From Klebsormidium nitens (taxonomy: Eukaryota; Plantae; Klebsormidiophyceae): a stretch of DNA of 64,000 bases. The stretch covers positions 48,224 to 112,223 of the forward strand of contig DF237234.1 of assembly GCA_000708835.1 (NCBI GenBank), in the 5' to 3' direction. Positions 51,801-64,000 of this stretch are shown piece after piece (the stretch's first letter is position 1; every line of letters starts with the position of its first letter). The position numbers were made by a program, and so were the translations under genes. The notes beneath the pieces are model-generated. The model did no database searches. It was given only the letters and a program-made list of their open reading frames with translations, and was not told the origin of the DNA.

Positions 51801-54800
51801 CGCTTCTCTCCCCCGCCAGCTCCACCTTCGCCCGCGCGCTCTCTTCTTCCACAGTCGCAATCCACGCGCGCGCCTCCGCGGCCGCGCGCTCCGCCTGAAT
51901 CACCTTTTCCTTCAGCACTGGCCTCTCCGCCTCGAGTGCCATGATCTCCGCCTGCAGCTCCGTGATCCTTCCCAACGTGACCGCGCTCGCTTTTCTCATC
52001 TTTTCACTCCCCCCCCGCTCCGTCCTCAGCTGCCCCTCCGCCTCGTCTAGTTGCCTCACCCATTCCTCCCGCTCTGCTTCCGCTTGCTCCACATTCAGCT
52101 TAAGAGCTCGCATCGCGGAGGCGGCCTGCTGACGGTGGTAAATCAGCTCTATTCCTCGTTCGCCAGCGCCAGCTGCTGTTCCGCCACCTGGCCGTGCGCT
52201 CGCTGCTCGCGCAACTGTGACGCCAGCAGCTCGGCCGCGCGCTCTTGGAGCAGCGCATTCAGGTCGTGTACGCGTGTCTCCAGCTCGTTCAGCCGGGGAT
52301 CCTGACAATCAGAACCGGTGGATCAGTAGCAGCTAAGCAAACCCTGAACTTGAAAAAGGATGCGCAGGTCTACTGGATGACCGCATATGTCCGCCGGAAA
52401 AGAGGTGTTGAAAGGAGACTTGCGAGGGCATTCTGAGGACACAAGCTCTGCGATGTACAGCTTTCGGTTGGGAGCCCGCGCTGCGCCCCACCCAAAGGCT
52501 TGTTGTCTGCCAAAGTATGTTTCAGGGTCAAGAGCGTACCAGAGTCAAACGCTTTTTTGAGCGGTGTGATCTCTTCCAATAGGTTTTCCGAGCTTGAAAC
52601 AAGTCGAAGTGAATCCGGACAGCCAACCTGCCTTCACTGACTTACAACAATCATACGAGCAAAGGCGAGGCTTAGTCCAGGTCCAGTAGCAAACTGAGAA
52701 ACTTGAAAGGCAGGAAGAAATTCCACAGTTGTTCGTCTCATTCGGCTGCTGGAGAAAGTTAAAGGAGACCGGAAACGACTTTCTACCTGGAAATATAGTT
52801 TGCAGAGTCTGCGCGGAAGGATCACGACAACGATCGTTCCCTTATCACATCGGTCCCAGCAAGTGAACCAGCTGTCTCACCTGTATGGGCGGAACCTGCG
52901 CGGGCTTGCTGACGGGGCAGAGCTGGTCCTGGATCGCGGCCGCTCGGATCTCCTCCGAAGCCTGGCCGCCCGCAACCGCGTTTGTCAGGCTATAAATGCG
53001 CAGTAGCGCCAGCTGGCAGTGTGCTTCAGCGAGCTGCGCTTCCAGCGCCCGGTTGCGTTCCTCGGCCTGCGACACCGCCGCTTGGAGGCGCTCCACGTCG
53101 GCGGCCAGCTGCGCGCCGGTTGCCGCAAGGGGCGGTGCTGCTGCCGCCTGCCACGTGGCGACCTGCAGGAAGGACACGCGATGAGCGCTGTACCCTGCAG
53201 ACGGCTAATGTTGCGGTTTTGCTGGAACATGCGCAAATCTTGCTTCTCAATCTGATGGCAACCGCATGTGTCCCTGCTTCCGGGCAACAGTTGTCGATGT
53301 CCAAGCTACTTTTTGATAGTGCGCATAGAGATTTGAACTGCTCAGCCGTGCAGAGTCTTCAGGTTGACGGTGGTGGCTTGATAAACAGTTGCTGATGCAA
53401 TACTGACCAGTATCCAGAATGCAGCACAACGAGCGCGCCCCTCGTTTCATCTGACTGTCTCAAAAAGGACAGAGGGGTTCTGCTTTATCGGTCATACGTT
53501 CATGAAGCGCTCACCTCGTCTATTGCGGGCTCGGCCACTTCCACTGCCTGCGCCCCGGCCGTCTCGTCCTTCGCCCCGTTTGCCGATGCACTGCTCGGGC
53601 CCGTACGCCCCTCGCTCTCGTTCACAGGCGCCACCGCCTCCCCATCCGCCGCGGTCAGCTTGATCATGACCGGCGCAGCTGCTCCGCCGTCTCCCTTCTC
53701 CGACGCCTCTCCCCACTGCTTCCGAGGTGCGTCTTCTGCGGCGAACTGCGGCAGCTGCTGCGGGCGAGGGCAGGAGTTGGCGGACAGCTGCAGAAACGAC
53801 ACGTGGCAGCAGTGAGCAATGGCGTTCTGACACCACCCGTATCTCTTTCTTCTGGACCGAGAACGCTTGCAAAAGTGGTTACTATATACGTATCTGGTGG
53901 TGTTCGCATGTCAGCAGAATGCCAGTGGGACGGAAGTGACCTTGATGGTAAAGTGCGGAGCTGCAATAGTTGATGTGAGCTGTAGCAACGTGCACATCAG
54001 TCATCAGAGCGCCACGAATTGGGACGAATTCGTTCGACGAGTCACAGCGCAAATCATATGGCTCTACATGGCGATCTTGGAGCGTCTCTTTCTTTGACTA
54101 AAATGGCCGTTTCTCGTCGTCTCGTCCTTTGAGAAGATGGTCCCTCGATGACTGGAGACTCAGTTGAGAGAACGACTCAAGCGCAGGTCCGGAAACATGC
54201 ACTACTTCGTTCTTTGACTTCATTTCTTCTCTTCTCCTGACGCAGACACTTCTGAGGCGCACGCATGATGTTGCCCACTTTGTTCTGGTCTAGGGCAGGC
54301 ATGCCCTATTTCATCTGCGCCTTTTTGTTGAGTAAGGCAACTAGATTTTAGGGGCCATGGTAAAGGAGCAAACCCGCACTTGACCATGATGCGGCGGCTC
54401 CTCCTTGGTGGCCGGTGTGCTCCCGCGCCCCACTGCCGGAGTCTTGTCTGCCCTTCCCCCTAGAGCGCCGGTTCGTTGTCCGCCCCGGCTCGACCCGGGC
54501 AGCGATCCACTGTTTGGTGTGGATGCTGCTGCCTGCTTCCATGGTTTGGAGGGAGGACTGGTGGGTGGCGACTTGATGCCCGGTGGAGAAGTTGGGGGGC
54601 GGGTATGAGCGGGCCGGGCCTGGTCGTCGCTGGGGGCCTTCTTGGTAGGCGATAGCGGGCTGTGCGTTGCGTGGCCGACGGCATGCGGTGCGTGCAAGGG
54701 CTGGCCCTGGAGGATGATCAAATTGTTAGACGGTGGCACTAAGAAGACCGGATCTCTGAGCGGGTTGTTATGCCTGCTGTTCCTCCTGAGAAGTTTGACG

Positions 54801-57410
54801 CTCGTTCTCAAGCTTCTTGAAAAGCATTTTCTGCAGCACATGGCAATTAGCCATACCCTCCAAACGTGTGGCAATATATCGAGCAGCATCGTCCAAAGCT
54901 GCTTCAAAGTGGTCGACATCAGAGATGGCTGTTCGAGACAAGAAAAATACACAGAACAGAGTTGAGCATACCAGGGGGGACCTTGAGAGAGCAATGACCA
55001 GTTCAACAGTAATCCTCTATAAAGTGGACCCCCCTCACTGCAGGGACTGTCCAGAGCCTACGACGATCTCCTAGTTCCGACCCCTGACATGTGTCACTTT
55101 CTTCATCTGCACACCTGGCGCTCCGAGAGGCGACCTGCAGCACCCTCAGTCCTAGTAGAGCCAAATACTTTCTGCCACTAAGCTATTCCTGATGGGAGTT
55201 TTGGACCCACCTTCGACTGCTGGCCGTGCGAGATCCTGGCAGCAACGGCCCCCTGCAGATTGGCGTGCGCCGCTGCCAGCTGATGCGACTTGGCCTCTCT
55301 TTGTGGGGAAAGAAGGCCGCGCTGTCTCTGGGGGGGGCTCCCTATGAGCTGCCTCTGCTGACCAACCGGGACCGTGCCCTTGTGATCTGACTTGGGTTCG
55401 GCGGCGGGGGAGGAGGACGAAGCACCAGTTCCCAGGCCCGCTGCCAAGGACTGCCTGGTGGGGCTCAGCAGGTCCTTAGTCGTGACATGTGCACCCTGGT
55501 ATCCAAACCTCGGAGGGGACATCGTGGAAGGTTGTGCAGGTGGAGGCACGGGGTGGGGGGTCGAGGAGGAGGGGGAGGCTGTCCCGGGGGCGTGCCGCAC
55601 TGTGGTTGGGTTTTCTGTTGATGCGGGCGGTGATGTTGTGGTGGCACGTGCGGGAGCTATGGCCACCTGCAACAAGGAGAAACAGCAAGGATGCATGTTT
55701 TGAAGTTGCTAGATGCAATATACCCAACATCAACTGCCATTTTACCAGGCGGAAGTTCTTTTATGCAGCACAAATGATATTTTAGACAGCAACTGAGCAC
55801 GTTGCGTCAACTTGTTACGTCTGAACACTCAAGCGATTTGGCGCCCGGAAACTGAATCTCTACAATGCTGAGATCATCCGCGGAACTGGTCAACTGCGAG
55901 ATAGCTCAGACTGATCCCTATTGGTCCACATTCGTGCTTATTGTTTCAGGTCTAAGCATGCATGCTCTTTGACTGGAGCCAGTTTTGCAAGCTTGCATCC
56001 AGCCTCACAAGGAGTTGAGTTACCAGCTTGGCTATGCGCCGAGTCCACAAGACAGGCCTTATATTGACGGAACCACTTGCGCGCACCTGCAGTCCTGGAC
56101 GCGATACCCTTCCGTCCCTTTCCACATCTGTCTCGCGCTTCTCTGCGGCGGCCCTGCCATACGTTGGGGGATGGGTGGGGATGGGAGGGGCACCCTTGGA
56201 CTGGGGGACCCTGCTGGCCTGCACCAATGGCGAAACAAACAACTAAGCACCTGCTGGAAAACCTCGCCGTCTTTCCTTGCAAGCTTACAATCCTGTTCCA
56301 CAATGGGGTGGAAGCTTCAAGTGCCATGAGTCAGCTTCAGCCTGGTTGCTTTTGAAAGGAGGCTTGCTGTTGTCAAAGGGTTCCCTTAGCGAACAACGAC
56401 TGGACGGAAGCTCTGTCTGGATTGCTGCTATCATTCTGCATCATGTAAACCGCCAGCTGTCAAGCCTGCCGAGGATCCTGGGGACCTCATTGGAACAACG
56501 ACACAATTGCAGGGCCTATCCTCCTGAGTAGCAGGTGACAGCTGTACTCCAGAACACGAATTGCTTTTAAGTCCTTGTTCTCCAAATGCCCCTGGGACCA
56601 CAGGTCTAATACTGACTTGCAAAATACAGCATTCCTATCATCTTTGGTGATGAAAGAAAGACACTGTTCGTCGTGCACCTTACTTATCAGTCTCCGAGCA
56701 TCTAGGTGAAGCAACTTCCTTGACTCGCACAGGTGCCTTTCCAGTGTTTCTCTCATGTCTCTATATAGGAATGTCCCATATCCTAAAGACTTTCGCCCAT
56801 TCAGTCATACCATTGAGTTTCTGCTCTCACGTGCTCTTTGAAGGATCGAAGCGCGCGCCCTTTGGCTATCTCGAGCATTAACTGCTTTGCTTACCATCCC
56901 ATCTGCTCCTGCCGGTGATGAGGGTGTGTGATCAAGAATCAGCCGTCGGGCCCCTCCTGGTTTTGCATCCAAATGCCCCTGAGATGAGAATAAATACAGT
57001 CAATTTGATCAAGCGGTTCTGGGAGCAACTTGCCCCGAGGCACTCTTGACACCATGATCACACGATTGACTCAACTATGGTGCAATAAGTGCACCGATTG
57101 ACAAACCTCTGAACTAAGAACACCTAGGACACTCTGTGGGTAGAAAGACTGGAGCAATACATATGTATGTAGCAGGATCACATGCAGAAAAGACCATGAT
57201 TCCACAACAATTGCTATCCTGACTGATCAATGTAAAGCAAGATAAGAGAGAATATATCAGTTTTTTTTTTGAAGGGAGCGTCACGCATACCTGTCCCCAA
57301 GGTCTGGTTTTGTGCATTTTGGCGTTCTCCTGCAGCACCTGCTCGTGGCCACGAGATGTTGCCAAGCCAGTACATCAAACTTCAAATGCGGACCCTTTTC
57401 CCGCCCTGGC
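48854..57410 (-). CDS. Large multi-exon protein of unknown function: Pro/Ser-rich N-terminal half and long coiled-coil C-terminal half (copy 1); apparent 1-nt frameshift at ~52152
   Basis: Exon-like segments with splice signals at ~57410-57290, 56218-56087, ~55670-55180, ~54700-54375, ~53790-53520, ~53170-52890, 52301-51060, ~50630-50540, 50146-49970, ~49331-49275, ~49082-49013 and ~48945-48854. Heptad-rich text such as LNELETRVHDLNALLQERAAE and LAALEKMNTRLKTKLAAEHEE. Termini and 5' exons are uncertain. Confidence 0.6.
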
Positions 57411-57873
57411 ACAAAGACAGTTACAACAAAGCACAGCCTCTGAAGAGCGAGCAACGCCAATCAATGAGAGTAAGAAAGTACCAACGCCAGCATTGGATGA
57501 GCAATGGGCGGATGGTGATAAGTATACATACTGAGCCGTTGCATCTCAGGGATCCCTAACCAAACGACAGTTCAACGCCGGCAGCTACAATTGTAGAGAA
57601 TATAGTGGCTTTCCGACTTGGGTGTAGACAGTTCTACCTCTGCACCCCCAGAAAATGCCGTTGCGACGGACCGATTCTCATTGGAGCCTCACCTGACGGT
57701 AGCAATGCCGGTTTTGGCACACGGTAAAATCGGGACCCTAGCGGATGTTGAAGGTCTTTAATTGCGCGAGCAGCGAGCGCTGTGCTGGAGCAGCGAGCAG
57801 CAATTGAAGGGACCGTCACCATGCTTGCTCAGCTCAGCTGCAACTTCAAGCAGAAGAAGACTGCACTTTGCTG

Positions 57874-60053
57874 GTCACAAACTCTCACCAGTTTGTTCTG
57901 CTCTCGCGCTTTGGCGCCTCTGTGCGAGCTTTGGCTTTCGTGCTTTCTGGCGATCAGCGAGCGAGAGAGTTAGAGTTGTTAGCTATTAGCTAGTGCGCGC
58001 CCCCGCTAGCTAGAGATGGAGTTCTTCTCCCGCTTGACTCCCTTCGAGGAGCGAGTCTGGGAGGTCATTGAGGGGGCCTTGGCTCTCGGGGGGAAGTTTT
58101 CACTCCAGGTCTCCCGAGCCACCGGAGCCGCTGCTGCTGGGGCATGCGAGGCTCTCTTCTCCCCTCTCTGCGAGTCTGCCCCTCTCTCGCAGTCTTCTCC
58201 CCTCTCCAGCAGCCAGGACGTCGAGGCCCTCGCAAACAGCGCCCTTTCTCAGGAGCAGCATACTTGCGAGGCGACCTCTGAGACGCAGGGACCTGAGCAG
58301 ACCCAGGACACTTCTTCCGGCCTGGTCCCTGAGTTCTCGTCTTTGGCATTTGGCCTGGCTTGCTGCGCCTCTCAGAGCGCCGCTCCTTCCAGCAGCCAGG
58401 ATGGTGATTTGACCTCGGCTCGCAGCCCCCCGCTTCTCACGCACACATTCTCCAGCGGGGAGGCCTCTCAGATGCGGGGACTTGAACAAACCCACGATGG
58501 TTTAGATGAGTCGGTCCCTGCTCTAGAGAAAGACGAGCTGCTTTGTTCTCAATTGCTTGCGAGCGCTGAGCTTCCCACACAGCTGTGCGAGCGGGGCTTG
58601 TGTGGCGCCACTGAGGGGGCACTGCCTGGGGGTAGGGACAGAGTGTCAGAGGGAGAGGAGGGTGCAGGCAGTGGGAGGTCTCAGAGTTTGCTTCTGGCAG
58701 AGCCCAGTCTGGGGGCCTGCCACTTTGAGAGGCTGGACAGGGGGTGCGTGTATGAAATTCTACGAAAATTCACAAACACGCACCTCAAGGACTGTTCCCT
58801 GGTGTGCCGCGAGTGGCTCGAGATCTCCAACGAGGTGCGGTACACCATGAGACTTGAGAGAGCCCCCCAGACCGCAGCGCTACCCGCCCTGGTCTCGCGC
58901 TTCTTGCAGCTGAACTGGCTCAGAATCTGGGACGAGGCCGCCGCAGCGTGCACGAACGACGTGTTTGTCCACGATGTCGCGTGCCTTTCGCAGCTGCGGC
59001 TCCTTCACGTGCGAGGCTGTGGGGATCTCTCCGATGCGGGGCTGGCTGCGGTCCTGAGGGGCTGCCCCGAACTGCACACTCTGATCCTGGAGCAGTGCGG
59101 GGGCTTCAGCGGGCGCGCTTTTGAGGGGGTCCACTGCGGCAAGCTAGAGGTGCTGGACCTCGAGGGGTGCGGCGCGCTGAACAACATGGGGCTGTGCGAT
59201 GTGGCAGAGGCGTGCCCGGGGCTGGTGCATCTCACTCTCAAAAGAGAGTCGGACAAAATACCTCTGGCTGTGGGCCTTAAGTATATAGCAGAGGGATGCA
59301 CTGGGCTCCGAGAGCTTGTTCTCCATGCCTGCGGGCTGACGGACAAGACTCTCCTGGCCTTTGCCGTGAGCTGCCCCGCACTGTCCTCCGTGGATCTGAC
59401 ATGCGAGCAGAACATCACCGACAGGGGGCTGAAGGCCCTCACTTTGCGCCTATAACAGCTCCAGCACCTGACTCTTTATAACAACCGCCAGCTCTTCCAA
59501 GTTCCACGCAGCGGGTGAGTCGCTATTTTACATTATTCCAGTATTGCTGCTTTGACAAGCATTTGATTGCCCAGGTTAGAGCTGTGATGGATTCGAGAGG
59601 TACCTGTTTTGCAGAGTCGATTTGCCGAAATTCAGAGTGGTCAGACTGAGTTGCTGTGCCAGACTGTTTTGAAACTATAACAACTCACCGTGACGTACTC
59701 GTACTTGTTACTCGTTGATGCAGGCCTGGCCTACGGTTGAAGACCCTTAGCCTAGGTTGGTTCTGGTATACACCGGACGCTTTGCTGCGGCAGGTTGCGG
59801 AGGAAGAGAGTCTAGAAATTCTGCAGTTTTCCGGGTGCTCTCTCTTGACGGACGCCACCATCGAGAGTGTCGCCATCTGAAAATGCTTGGACTTGCTTTC
59901 AACGATAAACTTACTTCAAGTATTTTGGAAGCCTATGCCAAGTGCGGTAGGAAGTTTTTTGTACAGATCAAGAAGTGCCAGGGTCTTGATGCAGGTGCGC
60001 TTGCAGAACAGATGCATAATTTATATCGTGTTGAGATTGATAGGGACAGCTAG
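57874..60053 (+). repeat. Segmental duplicate B (paired with 45495-47706)
   Basis: See duplicate A; offset about 12.38 kb. Confidence 0.95.
58016..60053 (+). pseudogene. F-box/LRR protein copy 2 with SQ/TQ-rich N-terminus; premature TAA and a 13-nt deletion
   Basis: 479-codon ORF to TAA at 59453-59455, which aligns with TAC (Tyr) of copy 1; homology continues past it to the same donor at 59514. Exon 2 (59724-60053) lacks 13 nt at ~59867 relative to copy 1. F-box motif LDRGCVYEILRKFTNTHLKDCSLVCREW. Confidence 0.8.
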
Positions 60054-61659
60054 ATAGGGCAGCTTGCGCTTGCAACTATGTATTTAATTGAGAGTTGTAC
60101 TCGAACAGGTTTAGCAATAGTTGCTTGTTAAACTGTAGGCAATTGCGATGTAGTCTTATTAATGTACATAATTAGATTGTAGGTAGATGCATGCAAGAAG
60201 GAAGGATACAATTTAAACTAAAGTTGCTCAATGTCCACTGAGTTCAATTTGTCTGCGTGAACACAGACATACATGAAAGTGCTAGCTTTATTACCCCTTA
60301 CTATATAGAAGTCCTGCTTCGCGCGCGCTTACAGTAGCGCAACGCGGCCCGCTCCACACAATGTGCTGCAGCAGCCTGAATTCAACAACAGCAGGACGAT
60401 TGTTCTTGGTAGAACAGTCACCACTTGAACTACCGGGGCACATGCATGTGACGTATATATATGCGGCGCCATCATGGGACTCAAATCGGCCTCATGCGTG
60501 CCGTACTAGTTGAGCTGATCGAAGTAGATGGTTGCGTGCGCGGGCCCATCCAATAGACTCAATGATGGCGGCGCAGAAGCGCGCCACTGCATGGCCGGCA
60601 ATGCAGTGCATGCTCAGCATCTCGCGCGCTGGCCCTTCATGGTCAGTGTGTGCAGCACATGTAGCAGCGGTGATGCATGCACTACTCATACCGCGCCCGT
60701 GCAAAAGGCCGCCCACGGTCAGTTGTCTATGTAAATAATCTCGTCGGCAGGCCGTGCGGCTGCCTAGACTTGCTACTCAGTACCTAGTTGGATTGTATCC
60801 GGTTTAGCGTACGATTCAGCTACTATCATTATGCACAGGCCATGGTTATCCCCAGTGGATCATGCACTCAGTCACTCAGTGACTCAGCTCTAGCTTGTAA
60901 CATGAAAGACTACGTCTCAAGTCTCTTAACTTGCAGTCAGGCCTGTGAATGAGATTCACGTCTTGCCACGATCGACGTCGCAGTGGTGCTGCTGTCATGG
61001 ACATTGCGCGCGTTTGAGGCTTGCATACATAGCCACTTTCCGTAACCGTGTACGTAGTTTCACGGATCTCCATTGGGTGTCGATCAAAAACGGAAAAGGG
61101 GTTCAAATTTCGAACTTTTGACAAGCGCTGGTCCGCACTCTCTGCCAAATCAACAACTTAATTGAACGTCATCTGACAAAACTGCGTGCTTCGTTGTAAG
61201 GCTTTTGGATGACCACCGGTCACATGAAACGTTTCCGTCAACTCAATCTGGATATTAGGCAAACAGTTGTAACAAAACCTCAGTGTAAAGGATAAGTCGA
61301 AACAACTCCACGATAACAACATTGTTGTTGAGCAATATTCGCCTTCCGTTAAATTTGTCGACGTGATTGAAACCGCGTTAAACAGTACGGGATGGGCTGC
61401 AAGCCAGAGAGGACACAAGTTCAGGAGCATCACACGATTCCTTTTGAAAGTGGCTTGCACAGATGGAGGACTCGTTGTGCCTGGCCGGAAAGAGAGTGTT
61501 CCGAACGTGCATTGAGATAGAGGTGCACAGTTCGACAGAGGGATCATGTGCAAAACTTTTCTCACGTCGAATTTTGAAAACGACATTACTAGCAGTGATA
61601 AGGACAAGTTAGCATAATCGCAGCTGTGACAAGCAAGAGAAGACTCGGTGGAAAGATAC

Positions 61660-63881
61660 CTCTTCGGCCGCTTTCCAGGAGCTGGTGACGCCGAGTCCAG
61701 GACCGATGACGGCGTTCCGGATGCCTGCGAGCGACGAAACGACACTTGATGCCAGGCGGTTTGAGCTGCTCCCACTGCGCATTCAACTGTCACGGAGGCT
61801 CGACAACTCGCCTACAAGGATGACACTTGGCCGTCCGCAAGGAAGCAGTGACCAGTCCAAGAACAGTAGTTGCATACTCACCGAGGGAGGACTTCACGGG
61901 CCGGGACGCACGTCCAGCGAGCGAGCGAGTTTGGCCTGCACAGAAGAATCCTCAAAGTGGGTACTCTTAGAGATCATTTTGAAGGTTGCATCTGCGAACT
62001 GGCATGCTTGCACTGCGGAAGCAGTTCCGAAAACTTCTAGCAGGGCTGCAAAAACCGGGCCCTTAGAGAGAAACCTATCTCGAGACCAACGCAAGTTCTG
62101 CGGACAAACTTACGGGCTTAGAAGAGGATGAGGTGGCCGCAGTTGCTTGGCCCTTGTCTCCGGAGAGCATGCGCTGGAGGGATAGGAGTTGCTGCGCAGA
62201 AGAAGGCGAATCCTCAGAGAATAGTGCCTGCTTCGAGCGAAGTGTAGAAGGCATCAACAGGTTGCACGAAAGTCTTGACAATGACCGAGAGTGCCAAGCA
62301 GCCACTCTTCAAGCAGAGAACAAGCAGCGGTGCGTCGTAAAAGTCTCGCCAACGGGTCTGCAACGGGGCATCTCGTAAAAGGTCGCCACGTGTTGCAGGC
62401 GGCGACTTGGCTGCCTGAGTGAGATTGTTCAGTGCGTCATTCATTTGTACTAAGGCTCGGTAGCATTCGGCACTTATCTCACCAAGGACAGCTGTTCCCG
62501 CTCCATCTCGACGCTGTTCAGCTCCGCACGCGTCTGCTTCAAGTCTTCCTGGGCGGCGGTGGCTCCTTGCTCCAGGTCTGCTACAACCCGCTCGTGTTTG
62601 CTGCGCCGCTCCTGCATTGCGTCTTTGAACTCGGCAGCGTTCGCGGAGTTTTCCTCCTGTAAGACGCACTATAATTCAGAGTCGTAACATTCTGGAGCGA
62701 GGAAGCGCGACGGGTTTACAAATAAGGCGATCTGTCCTCTGAAATCTCGCAGCAGACTTTTGAGCTCTCGCATGAGTCAGAAGATGCGAGCAAGAGGCGG
62801 CGCCTTGACTGAAAACGGCAAACGGCGATGCCAAAACGGTGGGGGGCCCATGCTTAAACGGATTTTTTGCGTGAAGTGTTGGTTGTTGAATATTCCGGCA
62901 GCTTAAGCATGGCATCAGGACTGGGCCACTTTGACCACTCACTCTGCCCTTCCCGTAGCGACTCAGAAGAAGCGGTGCAACGCATCTCCGCTTACTTTCT
63001 GAGCACGTCCAACTCAAAATGGGCAGTCACTATGACAAACTCAATTTCAGATTCTGCAGAATCTGGAGATGGAGTTACATTCCAGGACCGAGCAAGCGTA
63101 CTGCGTAAGGCCCCCCTAGTATAGCTGGCTCACCTCCAAGTCGTCAATCCTTCTCGTCAGCTTGACGATCTCCTTCTTCAGCTCGATGTCGGCCACTCCT
63201 CCTGTTTTTTGCCCGGTCTGGATGTCCGCTTTGGCTGCCTTCAAGTCGCGCTCCAGGTCCCCAACCTGCGAGAAGTGTCAAAATCCTCGTTTTTGTCTGC
63301 CCACGTTATGGGCCGCGAGATGCTGGTCACCTTAAACGAGAACTAAGTCTGCCGAAACTGACTTGTTTGCGTGACAACTTCAAATGGTACTCCTGCGAAA
63401 GGCCGTTGGGCTGCAAGCATAAGCAGCACCTCCATAGAAAGTTGCTGACGTTTTGGCTCAGCTATCGACGCAGGTGCGCACGACTGGTGGAAAGAGCCTT
63501 TCAAAGAAGAATCAACCAGTGCCCGCGTGTCGAAGCTTCGCGTTTGCGCAACAACAACGTAGCCTTTAAAGGTCTGCATTTGAAAGCCCAACTGAATGCT
63601 GGGCATTTTGAGCCCAACACAGCTTTTGGCTAAACAAGTTAACTGAGGCTCGTCGCACGAGCTTACCTTCCTTTTCAATGCCGCCCTCGCGTCCTCCTTC
63701 TTTCTCAGGTCCGTCCACAGTTTCGCCTCCGCCAACGAACCCAACTGCTTCTTTGCCCCGTCGCCTTGCTTCTTCTCAGGAGAGCCAATCCCGCCGCTTT
63801 GCTTGGCGGCACGCTCCGCCTCCTAGCCCGTCATCTCCTTCTTCAGCCCGTCCACCTTTGCCGTGAGTGTGACGATTACGT
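61660..63881 (-). pseudogene. Coiled-coil protein copy 2 (paralog of 48854-57410), 5' part outside the window; in-frame TAG
   Basis: Exons 63881-63666, ~63264-63133, ~62657-62484, ~62190-62113 and ~61724-61660. EENSANAAEFKDAMQERRSKHERVVADLEQ...EREQLSL matches ADNAATAAEYSHQMRKRRAQQERDVAQRAQ...ERQTLQL in length and splice sites. TAG at 63823-63825 interrupts KKEMTG*EAERAA. Confidence 0.6.
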
Positions 63882-64000
63882 CTGGTTAAGCCTAACCTCG
63901 TTCTCGTCAGGATTTCGTTAGCTGCTTGTTAGCGAAATGACAGCGGTTACGTCTTAACGGCGCGCTGTGAGACCGTTGATATACGGCGTTCTATCCAGAT

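Noticed and set aside
56487-56756. 89-codon protein-like ORF inside the coiled-coil gene
   Set aside because: Overlaps a plausible short exon in another frame bounded by ggaaag| and |gtaagg, so it is probably a shadow ORF.
61158-61793. 211-codon minus-strand ORF
   Set aside because: Its start coincides with a real short exon (acceptor near 61724, donor at 61660) and the rest reads through intron-like AT-richer sequence with no motif; an intron-retention isoform is possible but unsupported.
59453-63825. Possibility that in-frame TAA and TAG reflect the TAR=Gln nuclear code of some green algae
   Set aside because: The stops align with Tyr and Val in the paralogs, not Gln, and intact genes here end in TAA (NACA) and TAG (GT61 copy 1).

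Overview
Eukaryotic nuclear DNA with GC-rich exons and many short GT-AG introns. The gene set and splice style fit a green plant-lineage alga, probably a Klebsormidium-like streptophyte (inference). I reconstructed 11 genes by hand, in strictly alternating orientation: PRP40C(-), NAC-alpha(+), a DprA-like Rossmann protein(-), ATM(+), two divergent GT61-family glycosyltransferases(-/+), a secreted EGF-like Cys-rich protein(-), and a ~12.4 kb tandem duplication of [F-box/LRR(+) and coiled-coil gene(-)]. The first six genes look intact; each of the last five carries a stop or frameshift. The most interesting signals are: (1) an intronic 39-bp minisatellite in ATM that is stop-free in the ATM frame, encodes TQ motifs and lies behind a good in-frame alternative acceptor; (2) F-box/LRR proteins with a dense SQ/TQ cluster close to ATM; (3) an in-frame TGA beside a Cys in a duplicated EGF exon; (4) GT61 enzymes next to an EGF-repeat gene. 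I found no rRNA, tRNA, CRISPR or recognisable transposase. All family calls are from motif recognition, not database searches.
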